A stretch of DNA of 34,814 bases, taken from IMG/VR virus record IMGVR_UViG_3300030524_000003. The stretch is one strand, 5' to 3'. Positions 8,435 to 17,111 of the stretch are shown in pieces (position 1 is the first letter of the stretch; each line of letters begins with the position of its first letter). The position numbers were made by a program, and so were the translations under genes. Source of the DNA: an uncultured virus (IMG/VR IMGVR_UViG_3300030524_000003) (taxonomy: Duplodnaviria > Heunggongvirae > Uroviricota > Caudoviricetes). The notes under the pieces were generated by a model. The model did no database searches. It was not told where the DNA came from and saw only the letters and a program-made list of their open reading frames with translations.

Positions 8435-10561
8435 TTACCAGTCGTCACTCTGATCGCTCGTTCCGCGACCAACTCCAGCCATCGCCGATTTGTACGAATT
8501 TACCACGTCGGGAAGGATTCTCGTGGAATCCATTCCATGCCTAGAAAATAGTTCGTGCTCGGCTCCATTCCCGTCAAAGATCGGGCTGTAAAGCGTGTTC
8601 GCTTTGCACACCAGAATCGGCATCACCATCCACCCAGCCAGTCCCTTCATCGCCTTCTCGGCATCTTCCTTCTTGATGTACTGGCCGCGCTGGCGTCCTA
8701 TATCGTCGTAGACCCCGTACTGGTTGATGTCGTTCTTGCTGTGCCGTGGCTGGCCCGGCGTCGCCGCAGCCTTGATGTGCTTATTCGTCTCGCGAGCGCA
8801 GTAGAGTCCAATCATCGACCCCATGACCAGGTCGTCGTTATTATCCTGGCCTTCGAACCGCATGCCTCCGTTCAACGAACTGAAGTCGATGCACTCATCG
8901 AGCAGGTCTTGGTCGTGGATAATGACCGACTCCTCAAGTAGAGCCTCGTTCAGCGTGCCGATGATCTGGTCGCGAGTCTTGATCGTCGTCAGCCAGTGGA
9001 GGTGGACTCCCATCGTGCTCCCAACGCGATCATGATGCTGCGGCCGGTAAAGTGTGGGGTAGTCCATGTCCTTCAGCTTGTCGCCAACACTGATGCCTGG
9101 CCCCTGATATTCGCAGGCAATCTCAGCCCCGTTGTAGTAAAACCCAAGCGCGGCTACCGCCCGAGCATAGACTCCCGGTGGTGCGTGGCCCAACCATGAA
9201 GCCGCGAGCTCGTCCGGCTCCATTCCGATACCGACGCGCCATACGGCGCACGCGCTGAAGTCGCCATCTTTGACGCCGAGCGCCGAGTCAACGCCGAGAT
9301 AGTACGTTCGCCCCTGCTCGGGCTGCAGCCAGATGTGCAGTGGATCGGACGCATTCGCTCCTTTACGCTTCGACAAAACTTCGTCGTCGCCAACCTCGCG
9401 AGTGATGATGTTCGATGTGAAGTTGTCGGCCTGCAGCGTGACGTGTCCGACCCAAAGCGGCCGGCACGAAAACTTCATCTCCTGCTCTTCGAGCTTGTCC
9501 CGATCAAACGCACACATGCCTGACGCCTGGAACGACTCGGCCGGCGTCAGCGGGTACGACTCTTTGAAGCCTGACACGCCCTGCCCGTACTTGGAGGCCT
9601 TCATGCCAGCACGGCGGAACTTCCAGAAGCCCAGAGGGATATCGAACTGCTCTTCGCGCTTGATGCGCGCCGTGAACGCCATCTCCTCTTCGGTTAGGGT
9701 GAAAATCTTCTTCACCGGCATGTAGTACTTTTTCACTTTGTAAACCGGTATGAAGAGAGCGCGCCAGCCGGTGTCACCTTCAACCGAGCCCTGCCACCAG
9801 TCGTACATCAAACCATTGCGGCCGTAGCCCGTGGACTCCATCACGCGGAATCCATCGCGAGCGCTTCGGGCAGACGGGAGAATATCGGCGTGGAACACGT
9901 CGGCGGATGGCCAACGAGAGGCCTCACTGCAATGCAGGTTTCGAATCGTGCGCCCAATGGCGACGCCCGACATCTGCTGCGCGTGCGCGGTCTGGAAGGT
10001 TGATCCCAAGCCGGGCCTGACAAGACGCTCCATTTCGTCCTTGCGTTGGAATTCGATGGCGTCGCCCTTAGTTTCGTACTGGCACTCTGGCCGCAGCCAC
10101 CACGGCAGAGATTTGTAAGCGTTGACCACCATCGCGTGAATCATTGCCGACGTCTTCGGGTTCTGCGCGATCGCCATCGTGTAGCTGTGGGCAAGGAAGA
10201 TGGTGCGGTGGAACATCGCCGCTGACGTCCACACGGTCAGGCCTGTCTGCCGCGGCTTCAAAACGATCAGATTGCAGAATCCGTTCTCGTCGAACTCTTC
10301 CTCGATGGCTTCGTACACCATCTCCTGATGGTCCCACCATGGGTAGAGAGTTCGCCACTGGCCTTGCTCAGTCCGGATGCAGTAGTAGTTTTCTAGAAAG
10401 TAGCGGCGGTCAAAACACTTGTCAGTCTCAGTGTCGACGAAGTCCATCTCTTCATCGCTGAGCATACTCAACGCAGTGTTGACATCGTTGCCGGCGCGGA
10501 TAAACACCTCGTCGAGCACGTCGATGGCATCGTTGAGGGTATTATCCTTCCTGGATATCAT
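8435..10561 (-). CDS. terL: Terminase large subunit
   Basis: Walker A-like LKPRQTGLT, Walker B LHCSEA, coupling motif MESTG, and RNase H-like nuclease motifs YLGVDSALG..DFS and NDDLVMG. Likely start MISRKD at 10561 (ORF extends to 10594). Confidence 0.93.
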   Translation of the reverse strand: MISRKDNTLNDAIDVLDEVFIRAGNDVNTALSMLSDEEMDFVDTETDKCFDRRYFLENYYCIRTEQGQWRTLYPWWDHQEMVYEAIEEEFDENGFCNLIVLKPRQTGLTVWTSAAMFHRTIFLAHSYTMAIAQNPKTSAMIHAMVVNAYKSLPWWLRPECQYETKGDAIEFQRKDEMERLVRPGLGSTFQTAHAQQMSGVAIGRTIRNLHCSEASRWPSADVFHADILPSARSARDGFRVMESTGYGRNGLMYDWWQGSVEGDTGWRALFIPVYKVKKYYMPVKKIFTLTEEEMAFTARIKREEQFDIPLGFWKFRRAGMKASKYGQGVSGFKESYPLTPAESFQASGMCAFDRDKLEEQEMKFSCRPLWVGHVTLQADNFTSNIITREVGDDEVLSKRKGANASDPLHIWLQPEQGRTYYLGVDSALGVKDGDFSACAVWRVGIGMEPDELAASWLGHAPPGVYARAVAALGFYYNGAEIACEYQGPGISVGDKLKDMDYPTLYRPQHHDRVGSTMGVHLHWLTTIKTRDQIIGTLNEALLEESVIIHDQDLLDECIDFSSLNGGMRFEGQDNNDDLVMGSMIGLYCARETNKHIKAAATPGQPRHSKNDINQYGVYDDIGRQRGQYIKKEDAEKAMKGLAGWMVMPILVCKANTLYSPIFDGNGAEHELFSRHGMDSTRILPDVVNSYKSAMAGVGRGTSDQSDDW

Positions 10562-11252
10562 CGTCGTCGCCCTCTTCGTCGTCTTCGATGTCAATCCCGA
10601 TGTCGGATAACTCTTCCTCCAGCGTTTGCTCCTCGATCACCTCTGCATCGACCACTTCGCCTTCGTCAATTTTTCTCTGCCGGTTACGGCGGACGCGATC
10701 TTCGAAGCTCAACCCTTGTGGGCGGCCACCCGTCGTACCAGACCCCGGATTGTTTACCTGGGTGTTGCTGGTGATAGCGATCCCGCCACCCTTGGGGCGG
10801 ATCGAATCCATCAGGTTTTTCATGGTGTCGATGGTTTTGAGTTGCGTGGTGGTGTCAGGGCGGGTGACGCGGCGGTACTTATCTTTCCCCTTCTTGTCCT
10901 TGCCGATGTGGATATTTTCGCTGATCTTCGCTCGAAGCCCGGTCTTGAGTACCGTACCCACTTCGGTCATGCTTTTGAGGATGACCTGGTTGACGGCGAA
11001 GTCTACCTCCTCGTTCGACACCTCGGCTCGAGCCGAATCGTAGCGGTCGAGGCTATCCTGCACTTGCACGAGCGACCCGCCGGTCTTGATGGCAATCTCG
11101 TCAGGCGAGAACCCTTTACGCTTGAGGTACGCCCTAAACTTGTCAGTCTGAGAGAGCGCCTTCGAGCCCCTCGACCTCTTCGCGGAAGTCGATGAGGTCC
11201 TGCTTGGCAGTTGGGGTTTGGTCGTAGATAGTTCCAGCGTTGTCTGGGGCAT
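10542..11252 (-). CDS. Putative terminase small subunit
   Basis: Directly upstream of TerL, with an HTH-like segment (GFSPDEIAIKTGGSLVQVQDSL), helical core and acidic tail. Likely start MPQTT at 11252. Confidence 0.6.
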   Translation of the reverse strand: MPQTTLELSTTKPQLPSRTSSTSAKRSRGSKALSQTDKFRAYLKRKGFSPDEIAIKTGGSLVQVQDSLDRYDSARAEVSNEEVDFAVNQVILKSMTEVGTVLKTGLRAKISENIHIGKDKKGKDKYRRVTRPDTTTQLKTIDTMKNLMDSIRPKGGGIAITSNTQVNNPGSGTTGGRPQGLSFEDRVRRNRQRKIDEGEVVDAEVIEEQTLEEELSDIGIDIEDDEEGDDDDIQEG

Positions 11253-11811
11253 ACTCTTCGGCTCCGAGTCCCGACGGCGACTCTTCCCTTTCATTATGCA
11301 ACTGAAGCAGCTTACTGAGTATCGACGTGATCTTCTCGATACGGATGCAAGCGCTGATTGCACGGGCTGACGCCGTCATCAGCGCCTCGCCGTTGATCGA
11401 GTTGGTGATCGCCTTCATCTCGTCGTGGTGAGTCGTCAGGATGGCCCTGGCTTCCTTCAGGAAGGCTTCATTTGCGGCGCGCTGCTCCGCTCGGGCGCTG
11501 GTCGCGGCGTTCTTATGGTTTTCGAGTACGACGTTGATTGCCTTGATAAATTCAGCGTTGGCGGTGGCGCTCTCGTTGAGCATCTCCGTCGTTTCGTCTT
11601 TCCACGTGTACGCGGTGCCTTCGAAGTAGTCGCAGGTTGTACCCAGCTTCTCTCGGTGAACTTCGAGGATGCCGGCCAGTTTGGCGTTGTTCGCCTCGAA
11701 AACGGCTTTTGCCTTCCACATGAAAAAGCCCAAGATCACCATCCCGGCGAATACGACCACCAAGACCACACCGGCAAGCAGGGCCAACGCAACCATTCCA
11801 GCGCTTTGCAT
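11143..11811 (-). CDS. Membrane-anchored coiled-coil protein, first gene of the packaging operon
   Basis: N-terminal hydrophobic helix followed by a long amphipathic helical region. The ATG at 11811 lies 6 nt after a -10 box. Confidence 0.75.
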   Translation of the reverse strand: MQSAGMVALALLAGVVLVVVFAGMVILGFFMWKAKAVFEANNAKLAGILEVHREKLGTTCDYFEGTAYTWKDETTEMLNESATANAEFIKAINVVLENHKNAATSARAEQRAANEAFLKEARAILTTHHDEMKAITNSINGEALMTASARAISACIRIEKITSILSKLLQLHNEREESPSGLGAEEYAPDNAGTIYDQTPTAKQDLIDFREEVEGLEGALSD

Positions 11812-11817
11812 TGGGCA

Positions 11818-11846
11818 AGCGTAAACCGATTCATGCAAGCATGCAA
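11818..11846 (-). promoter_or_regulatory. Sigma70-type promoter of the packaging/structural operon (TTGCAT-N17-TACGCT), overlapped by the operator TCATGC-AA-GCATGC
   Basis: Correct 17-nt spacing, immediately upstream of a leaderless ATG. The operator motif recurs three more times in intergenic DNA. Confidence 0.6.
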
Positions 11847-11859
11847 GCTGAAAGTAGAA

Positions 11860-11941
11860 CGGCTGACGGTCTCAACCCTAGCTCGACCGTGGAAGGAGGA
11901 TAGGGGAGACGCGCCAGCCGGAAAAAGGTTCGGCCGCGAAC
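11860..11941 (-). ncRNA. Candidate small antisense RNA: long hairpin with loop complementary to the neighbouring + strand RNA
   Basis: Nested inverted repeats CGGCTG/CAGCCG, GTCTC/GAGAC and CCCTA/TAGGG around GACCGTGGAA, plus a second hairpin GGTTCG/CGAACC. The transcribed strand is inferred. Confidence 0.35.
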
Positions 11942-11974
11942 CCACATGTAGTTTCTCATGTTTTACGATTTAAC

Positions 11975-12003
11975 TTGCATTATTTTTTTACCTCATTTAC
12001 TTT
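11975..12003 (+). promoter_or_regulatory. Sigma70-type promoter TTGCAT-N17-TACTTT
   Basis: Exact 17-nt AT-rich spacer; predicted start about 12010. Confidence 0.6.
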
Positions 12004-12010
12004 CGTTTTC

Positions 12011-12306
12011 ACGCTTGACCGTGGAAAGCCAAGCAAAAAACAATTCCCATGACCCGACCATTTGGTCATGCATATCTAGCTGTCGAGCCAAAGCGCATTG
12101 TTGCGTCAGGGTCGATCGGGGTTAAGGGTTGGGCTCTATACGCCCGGAGATGCCTCGTTAGGTACGGTTGGCTGAGGCAGAACATTCGATCAGTCGCTTA
12201 GTCAAAGTGATCCTGTATAGGCTTCATACCTCGTCGTGGCTCCTTTATGCCGAGTATGGAGAAAAGACCGGGCCTTCCTTTTTGGGGTTGGCGTCCGGTT
12301 TTTCTT
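12011..12306 (+). ncRNA. Candidate ~295-nt structured RNA or long leader upstream of RNase H
   Basis: Promoter upstream, serial hairpins (GCTTG/CAAGC, CATGACC/GGTCATG, TGCCTC/GAGGCA, CATAC-CTCG/CGAG-TATG), a four-G-run motif at 12109-12133 and a terminal terminator-like hairpin. Confidence 0.45.
12261..12306 (+). terminator. Putative intrinsic terminator/attenuator hairpin
   Basis: GAAAAGACCGG...CCGGTTTTTC stem followed by a T-rich tract. Confidence 0.45.
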
Positions 12307-12394
12307 CGCCCTGAGCGTTCACCATTGTCCGATTAGTTTTAGAAGCAACAACTTAAAGCAAAAGCAAATACAACTACCAGAAAGGATATATCCA

Positions 12395-12829
12395 ATGCTA
12401 ATAGCAAGATTCGATGGAGGATGCTGGCCTAATCCGGGTGGACATGCATCGTGCGCATGTTTGATTACTCGCGGAGAAGAAGAGATTTTTCGGTGCAGTA
12501 AGTACCTTGGACACGGTTCCAAAATGACCAACAACGTTGCCGAGTTCGAAGGAATCAAGATGATCCTTGGATGGTATCTGGCAACAAAATCGACCGACGC
12601 GATGACGATCGTTGGCGACTCGCAGGTTGTCATCTGGAGGATGCTAGGGAAGTACCGCAAGCCCGTGGCTGGGATTTGCGCAGAATCAGCCAACGACTGC
12701 TTGCAGATGAAATCTTGGCTTCCCTACGGGAAAGTAAATTTCGAATGGCAACCACGGCTGAGCAACGACGAGTGCGACGCCATGTGTGACCTGGAAATTT
12801 CTGAAGCAACCCTCGCAACTCGGCAGTAA
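12395..12829 (+). CDS. rnhA: Ribonuclease HI family protein
   Basis: FDGGCWPNPG, TNNVAEFEG, IVGDSQVV and WQPRLSNDECDAM supply the DEDD catalytic residues. RBS AAAGGA before the ATG at 12395. Confidence 0.9.
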   Translation: MLIARFDGGCWPNPGGHASCACLITRGEEEIFRCSKYLGHGSKMTNNVAEFEGIKMILGWYLATKSTDAMTIVGDSQVVIWRMLGKYRKPVAGICAESANDCLQMKSWLPYGKVNFEWQPRLSNDECDAMCDLEISEATLATRQ

Positions 12830-12851
12830 ACTCAAACAACCGGAGGAGTAC

Positions 12852-13481
12852 ATGGTCAACCTGAACGCAATCCAAAGTATCGTGATGATGGCTCGAAGCC
12901 AGGGCAATATGGTCGCCGAGATCCACTTCTGCAAGCAGACGCTCGACGAGGTGAAGCAGGCCATCATCGACGAAGGTAAGGCTAAGGTCGAAGACCGGCG
13001 ATCCCTGCTCGATCGCATGCGCAACCCGCGACCGGAGCCCACGGTCGAAAACACTGTGTTCACCATCCTGGGAGTCCCTCTCGTCGAGAACGAGATGCTT
13101 CCCTGCGATCAGGTTGCGGTGCGCACAAACAACCAGAATCCGAACTGGCTGCGCGACATCATGAAGGCGCGTGGCGACGGTGCAGCCGCACAGAAGAGCG
13201 AGTTCGAGCAGATTGCGGAGACGCCGTGGTTTAAGGCCGACAAGGTCGATAAGGGCGACCCAGACGCGCCCATCACCGCCTCCATGCTGTCGGGGTCGCG
13301 CACTGGACGGCCAACCCCCAGCGACCTGTTGATGCACGCTATCGACAATGTCGAGAAGTATGAAGATGTCATCATCATCCCCATCACTAAGGGTGGCGAC
13401 GTCCTCATGTCCGCGACAATCCCACAAATCGCCGCGGAAGGTTACATACGCAAAGTGCTGGTGCGGCTTATGGAAGGCTGA
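12852..13481 (+). CDS. Hypothetical protein
   Basis: Strong RBS GGAGGAG before MVNLNAIQ; co-oriented with RNase H. Confidence 0.8.
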   Translation: MVNLNAIQSIVMMARSQGNMVAEIHFCKQTLDEVKQAIIDEGKAKVEDRRSLLDRMRNPRPEPTVENTVFTILGVPLVENEMLPCDQVAVRTNNQNPNWLRDIMKARGDGAAAQKSEFEQIAETPWFKADKVDKGDPDAPITASMLSGSRTGRPTPSDLLMHAIDNVEKYEDVIIIPITKGGDVLMSATIPQIAAEGYIRKVLVRLMEG

Positions 13482-13887
13482 GGGTGGAGACGGCGAGGGT
13501 AGTCGCCGTCAGTTCGTCGTACATCCCCTTGGTCCGCTCACAGCAGCAGTCAAAGGTATTGCACGACCCGCACGGTGGCTCTACCGCTTTGACGAACCCG
13601 CTGACCCGGTCGAAATCTTCGGTTTGATCGTACAGTGAAGTGATGGCCACTAGATAATGTTCCTCGTTCGATTCCAACCATGGAAAGTAGTTGAGTAGAG
13701 CATCGACGCGATCTGTCGAGTCAATCGTTTCGCCATACACTCCCGGCTGGCTAGGATTGCGGTCCGTCCTTTTTGGCTCAGGCATCCCTAAAGCATTGGC
13801 GGCCGATCCGAGGTAGCAACCCATCCAGTCACCAACACACATTGTTGTGATCGTTCGCCCCATGTCGGCGGCCTCGCTAAGTTTCAT
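13468..13887 (-). CDS. Hypothetical phage protein with Cys-rich C-terminus
   Basis: Start MKLSEAA coupled to the upstream stop (TGATG); CGSC...CCC motif. Confidence 0.75.
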   Translation of the reverse strand: MKLSEAADMGRTITTMCVGDWMGCYLGSAANALGMPEPKRTDRNPSQPGVYGETIDSTDRVDALLNYFPWLESNEEHYLVAITSLYDQTEDFDRVSGFVKAVEPPCGSCNTFDCCCERTKGMYDELTATTLAVSTLSLP

Positions 13888-14114
13888 CACTTTCCTCCAT
13901 CGTCCAGTTTGTACATCACACACCGTTCCACGCCGAGAAACTTCAACACGCTCGCCCCAGGATGCCGCCGGCCCTTGAGAATGTCGGACAGCATCGATGT
14001 CGACACCTCCAACTCCGCGGCGAACTCCATTTGCATCTTCACCCCCATACGCTGCTTCAGAAGGTCGAGCACCTGCTCCTCCGAAAGATAGAGCACCGAC
14101 TTCGCTTTAGCCAT
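13887..14114 (-). CDS. XRE/Cro-like helix-turn-helix protein
   Basis: QMEFAAELEVSTSMLSDILKGRRHPG is a classic XRE HTH. Start MAKAK at 14114. Confidence 0.8.
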   Translation of the reverse strand: MAKAKSVLYLSEEQVLDLLKQRMGVKMQMEFAAELEVSTSMLSDILKGRRHPGASVLKFLGVERCVMYKLDDGGK

Positions 14115-14538
14115 CTGAGCGGCCCCAAGCTCCCGGAAGGTGAAGTCCAAACGGAATTTCAAAGGTAGTCGGCGCTACATAGAAGATCCTCACGTTAATT
14201 TTTGCTGGCCACTCATTTGCCTGCTCGGGGTAGAGCTCAAGAGCGAGCGCGCCAGGGCTAAAAATTTCATTCTTAATGCGCTGGAGAATGCTCCAGTCGA
14301 TCGGCCACATATCCGCGTGTGATCGCACTGCGCACTGCATCCACGCTCCAACCGCACTCGGCTGCATAAATAAATGCACTTCGTACCGCGAGTTTGCGTA
14401 TATGGCATAGCAGTTCTGCAGGAGCAGATTATCGTTGCGCATCTTTTCGGTGATGGCGATCTGTGTGAACGCTGTCCAAACCTTACCAGCCTTCTTCGCT
14501 GCGGCCCGCTGCATTTGTCCTACGGTCGGTCTACTCAC
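14107..14538 (-). CDS. Conserved phage hypothetical protein
   Basis: 143 aa with WSILQRIKNEIF...ALELYP, a motif I recognise from phage proteins. Confidence 0.75.
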   Translation of the reverse strand: MSRPTVGQMQRAAAKKAGKVWTAFTQIAITEKMRNDNLLLQNCYAIYANSRYEVHLFMQPSAVGAWMQCAVRSHADMWPIDWSILQRIKNEIFSPGALALELYPEQANEWPAKINVRIFYVAPTTFEIPFGLHLPGAWGRSDG

Positions 14539-14539
14539 T

Positions 14540-14623
14540 TCAGTCGCTCCTCTTTACGCAGCTTCCAATCAACATCGCGCCAAACAGAACCAGTCCGGCA
14601 AGACTCCAAACAAACTCCGCCAT
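14540..14623 (-). CDS. 27-aa single-TM peptide (MAEFVWSLAGLVLFGAMLIGSCVKRSD)
   Basis: Translated by hand; RBS GAGG; fills the gap in the operon. Confidence 0.5.
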   Translation of the reverse strand: MAEFVWSLAGLVLFGAMLIGSCVKRSD

Positions 14624-14630
14624 AGCAACC

Positions 14631-14882
14631 TCACATCACGTAGGGCTTTTGCAATTCCTTCTTTGACAATTTCTTATCAGCCTGATGCTTCACCATGTTG
14701 CTCTCGACGGCGCTGTGGAACGCCCTCACCATATGCCTTGCGTCGTTGACCGTGATCCCGTTGCCATCGCTCATGAAGGTGCCGTCCTCCATCTCCATCA
14801 GGACGATCACCTTCTTGATTCGCAGGAACGATCCGACCAAACCTTGCGCAACCTCAAGCACCGACTTCTTAGGCATTGACAT
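14631..14882 (-). CDS. Hypothetical protein
   Basis: Start MSMPKK with RBS GGAGAG; lies within the operon. Confidence 0.7.
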   Translation of the reverse strand: MSMPKKSVLEVAQGLVGSFLRIKKVIVLMEMEDGTFMSDGNGITVNDARHMVRAFHSAVESNMVKHQADKKLSKKELQKPYVM

Positions 14883-15108
14883 GAAACTCTCCATCAAACA
14901 GCGGTGTGGGCGCCGGCTCTTTTGGCCGGATGGCATCTTCGAGAGTGTAGAAAGTTGGGTAGGCACATACCCTGTGCTGACACTGGTTGTTGTCGTTGAA
15001 AAACCATTTGTCGTGCGACCCTATCGGGACTCGGCACGACACGCACGTCCGCACCTTCTTCACGGGCTTCTCGGTCGGCTGACCACAGCATGGACATCGG
15101 TGCTTCAT
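14869..15108 (-). CDS. Small Cys-rich (Zn-finger-like) protein
   Basis: CPCC, CVSC and CQHRVC motifs; overlapping start and stop codons with neighbours. Confidence 0.7.
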   Translation of the reverse strand: MKHRCPCCGQPTEKPVKKVRTCVSCRVPIGSHDKWFFNDNNQCQHRVCAYPTFYTLEDAIRPKEPAPTPLFDGEFHVNA

Positions 15109-15302
15109 TTCACTCCCCTATAAGCCCTGCCGTAGTAAATCGAACACACGATACTAATTGAGATCCCGTACTTTTTTGCGATAGCATGCTTCGCTCCACG
15201 CCACTTATGCGCGGCAAGGTAGAGTTTGATATCGCGTACTACCTCGGGTTGAACCGACCCCTTCATGTCGCTACAGTACGCTAATCTGCGTATCAGAATC
15301 AA
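15105..15302 (-). CDS. Small basic HTH-like protein
   Basis: AIAKKYGISISIVCSIYYGRAY resembles an HTH; ATGA overlaps on both sides. Confidence 0.55.
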   Translation of the reverse strand: MILIRRLAYCSDMKGSVQPEVVRDIKLYLAAHKWRGAKHAIAKKYGISISIVCSIYYGRAYRGVK

Positions 15303-15517
15303 GAACTTTCTGCATCGTCAAACTGCATCGTGTTGAACTCCACCAGCGGAACCTCCTGGAGCCAGACGCGGGTGTACAGCATCGAGCTGGCCGTGCGCTG
15401 GACGGTGTAGGTGGATCCAAGGTCGAGGAACTTCATCGCAGCCTCCTGGTGGATGGCGAAGCCTCGCTCGGGGTGGGTGCAGACCACCTTCGTGCCTTTG
15501 ATGGCGTAGACGTTCAC
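15299..15517 (-). CDS. Hypothetical phage protein
   Basis: 72 aa, GTG start, GC-biased codon usage. Confidence 0.7.
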   Translation of the reverse strand: MNVYAIKGTKVVCTHPERGFAIHQEAAMKFLDLGSTYTVQRTASSMLYTRVWLQEVPLVEFNTMQFDDAESS

Positions 15518-15531
15518 TTCCTGGACTCCAT

Positions 15532-15981
15532 CTTCGTGAGGTTCGGGCTATGGTAATCCCGAATGCAAAGCGTGAGACGTTGCAAAACAAGATTCTGGAA
15601 AATGTTGGTTGGGGTTCGCGCATCTATACCGATCAGCACGTCGGCTACGAGGGTCTAAATGCGACCCGTCTGTTTGTTCACCAGACGGTGAATCACATGC
15701 AGGAATATGTACGCGGCGAGGTACACACGCAAGGCATCGAGAACTTTTGGAGTCTGTTGAAGCGGACTCTGAAGGGCACGTATGTTGCGGTGGAACCGTT
15801 TCATCTGGATGCTTACCTCAACGAACAAGTATTTCGCTTCAACAACAGCGGCAAGAAGATGAACGATACTCTTCGCTTTGAGAAGGCGATGAGAAACGTC
15901 GCAGGACACCGTTTGACGTACACAGAGCTTACCGGCACTGGCAGTGCTACCTCACATTCAGAATCGGCAGGGACGTGGTAA
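15532..15981 (+). pseudogene. IS1595-family DDE transposase, C-terminal fragment
   Basis: IYTDQHVGYEGL, HQTVNH, HTQGIENFWSLLKR and HLDAYLNEQVFRFN motifs are present. The Zn-ribbon, HTH and first catalytic Asp region are missing. Confidence 0.88.
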
Positions 15982-16013
15982 GAGAGGCCATAAACACGTC
16001 TTTGCCGTCAAAG

Positions 16014-16181
16014 CTATCGCTGCGCGTCTCCCCGAGCAGTTGAACCTTTTTGAGCCTTGGTAGGACGCTTCGCCTTTTTAGGTGTTGGCTTCGATCCAGG
16101 TTTCGGCGCACGAAACAGCGCAGTCATTCCCTTTTCAAAACGCTCTAGAGCTTCCGAGCCTTCATGGTATTCGTGCTTCAT
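16014..16181 (-). CDS. 55-aa basic protein convergent with the IS1595 transposase (MKHEYHEGSEALERFEKGMTALFRAPK...)
   Basis: Translated by hand; RBS AAGGAG 8 nt upstream. Confidence 0.65.
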   Translation of the reverse strand: MKHEYHEGSEALERFEKGMTALFRAPKPGSKPTPKKAKRPTKAQKGSTARGDAQR

Positions 16182-16193
16182 GCCCACATCTCC

Positions 16194-17111
16194 TTACGGT
16201 AACTCTGCCTCTCGCATCAGATTTTTGGGTGCAGGACCAAATTGCCCCATATGAACCATCCCATTGCAATCCACCACAAATGGCGCGTAAGCCTCTATGT
16301 GAGAGACTTGCCCTCCGTATGAAAATGCTTGATAGAGGTGTATGTAATTCTGCAATGGTCCACCGATTGGACGAGGTGGACCCAGCAGAGGGTTAGTACC
16401 GGAGAAGGCTCCGGCTCCGGAAATAATCCCCCGATCGTGCGGGTTCTTGTCCAATAGCAAGACGATTCTTATCTTTCCATTTGGAGGCATGTTCTTTATG
16501 GCCAACATATAGTTTCTATATTCTTTGTCGCCAAAAATCCTAAGATAACCCCTCGCAACGAAAGGTATTGGGGGTCTAACGGGTTCAAAGGTCCAGTCCT
16601 CATCACCCAATTTAGTTCCGCTGAATTTCTCGACAACGTATGGAAACTGAAACACCACATTCGCTGATAACGGGATGTTGACTCCGTTTTCACTCTTGGC
16701 GGTGATCTCCACAATGTATTGGCTTCTGGATTGTAAGAACTCCGGGGTGATAGCTTGCATTCCCGGCATAATCTCTATCCCGTCTGGATGAATCCAGTTG
16801 AAGGCCAGCCACGGCGGGTCAGCATACACGCGATGAGACACCCAAAAATTGTGGACAAAAACAAATACCCAAACTATTGATGCTCCCGCCATTCCGATTG
16901 CTATGCTTCTTAGCCCTCTTTTGATGTTTCTCCGAAGGTCGCTCATACCTCCCTCGCGGAAAAAATCGACCAAGGAACTGAGAACGCCAGCGAAGACGGC
17001 GATGAATGAAGTGCTGAAGCTATCGAGGGTGAGAGAGAAGGCCGTGCGCACAGAAGCCAACAACAAAGCGCTATTTGACGACCAATAAAAGAATTCGGGA
17101 ATTGGCCACAT
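16194..17111 (-). CDS. Membrane-anchored passenger protein of unknown function
   Basis: 305 aa with two or three N-terminal hydrophobic segments and a beta-rich soluble domain; lower GC than the phage genes. Confidence 0.75.
   Translation of the reverse strand: MWPIPEFFYWSSNSALLLASVRTAFSLTLDSFSTSFIAVFAGVLSSLVDFFREGGMSDLRRNIKRGLRSIAIGMAGASIVWVFVFVHNFWVSHRVYADPPWLAFNWIHPDGIEIMPGMQAITPEFLQSRSQYIVEITAKSENGVNIPLSANVVFQFPYVVEKFSGTKLGDEDWTFEPVRPPIPFVARGYLRIFGDKEYRNYMLAIKNMPPNGKIRIVLLLDKNPHDRGIISGAGAFSGTNPLLGPPRPIGGPLQNYIHLYQAFSYGGQVSHIEAYAPFVVDCNGMVHMGQFGPAPKNLMREAELP

Noticed and set aside
12049..12201. 50-codon ORF MTRPFGHAYL... in the structured region
   Set aside because: No RBS, the start codon lies in a stem, and there are no recognisable motifs. 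Not fully excluded as a leader peptide.
12236..12394. N-terminal extension of RNase H given in the ORF track
   Set aside because: It runs through a terminator-like hairpin; the RBS and the domain start point to the ATG at 12395.
12011..12829. Retron (ncRNA plus RNase H)
   Set aside because: No reverse transcriptase (no YADD-type ORF) nearby, and I saw no a1/a2 inverted repeats enclosing the RNA.
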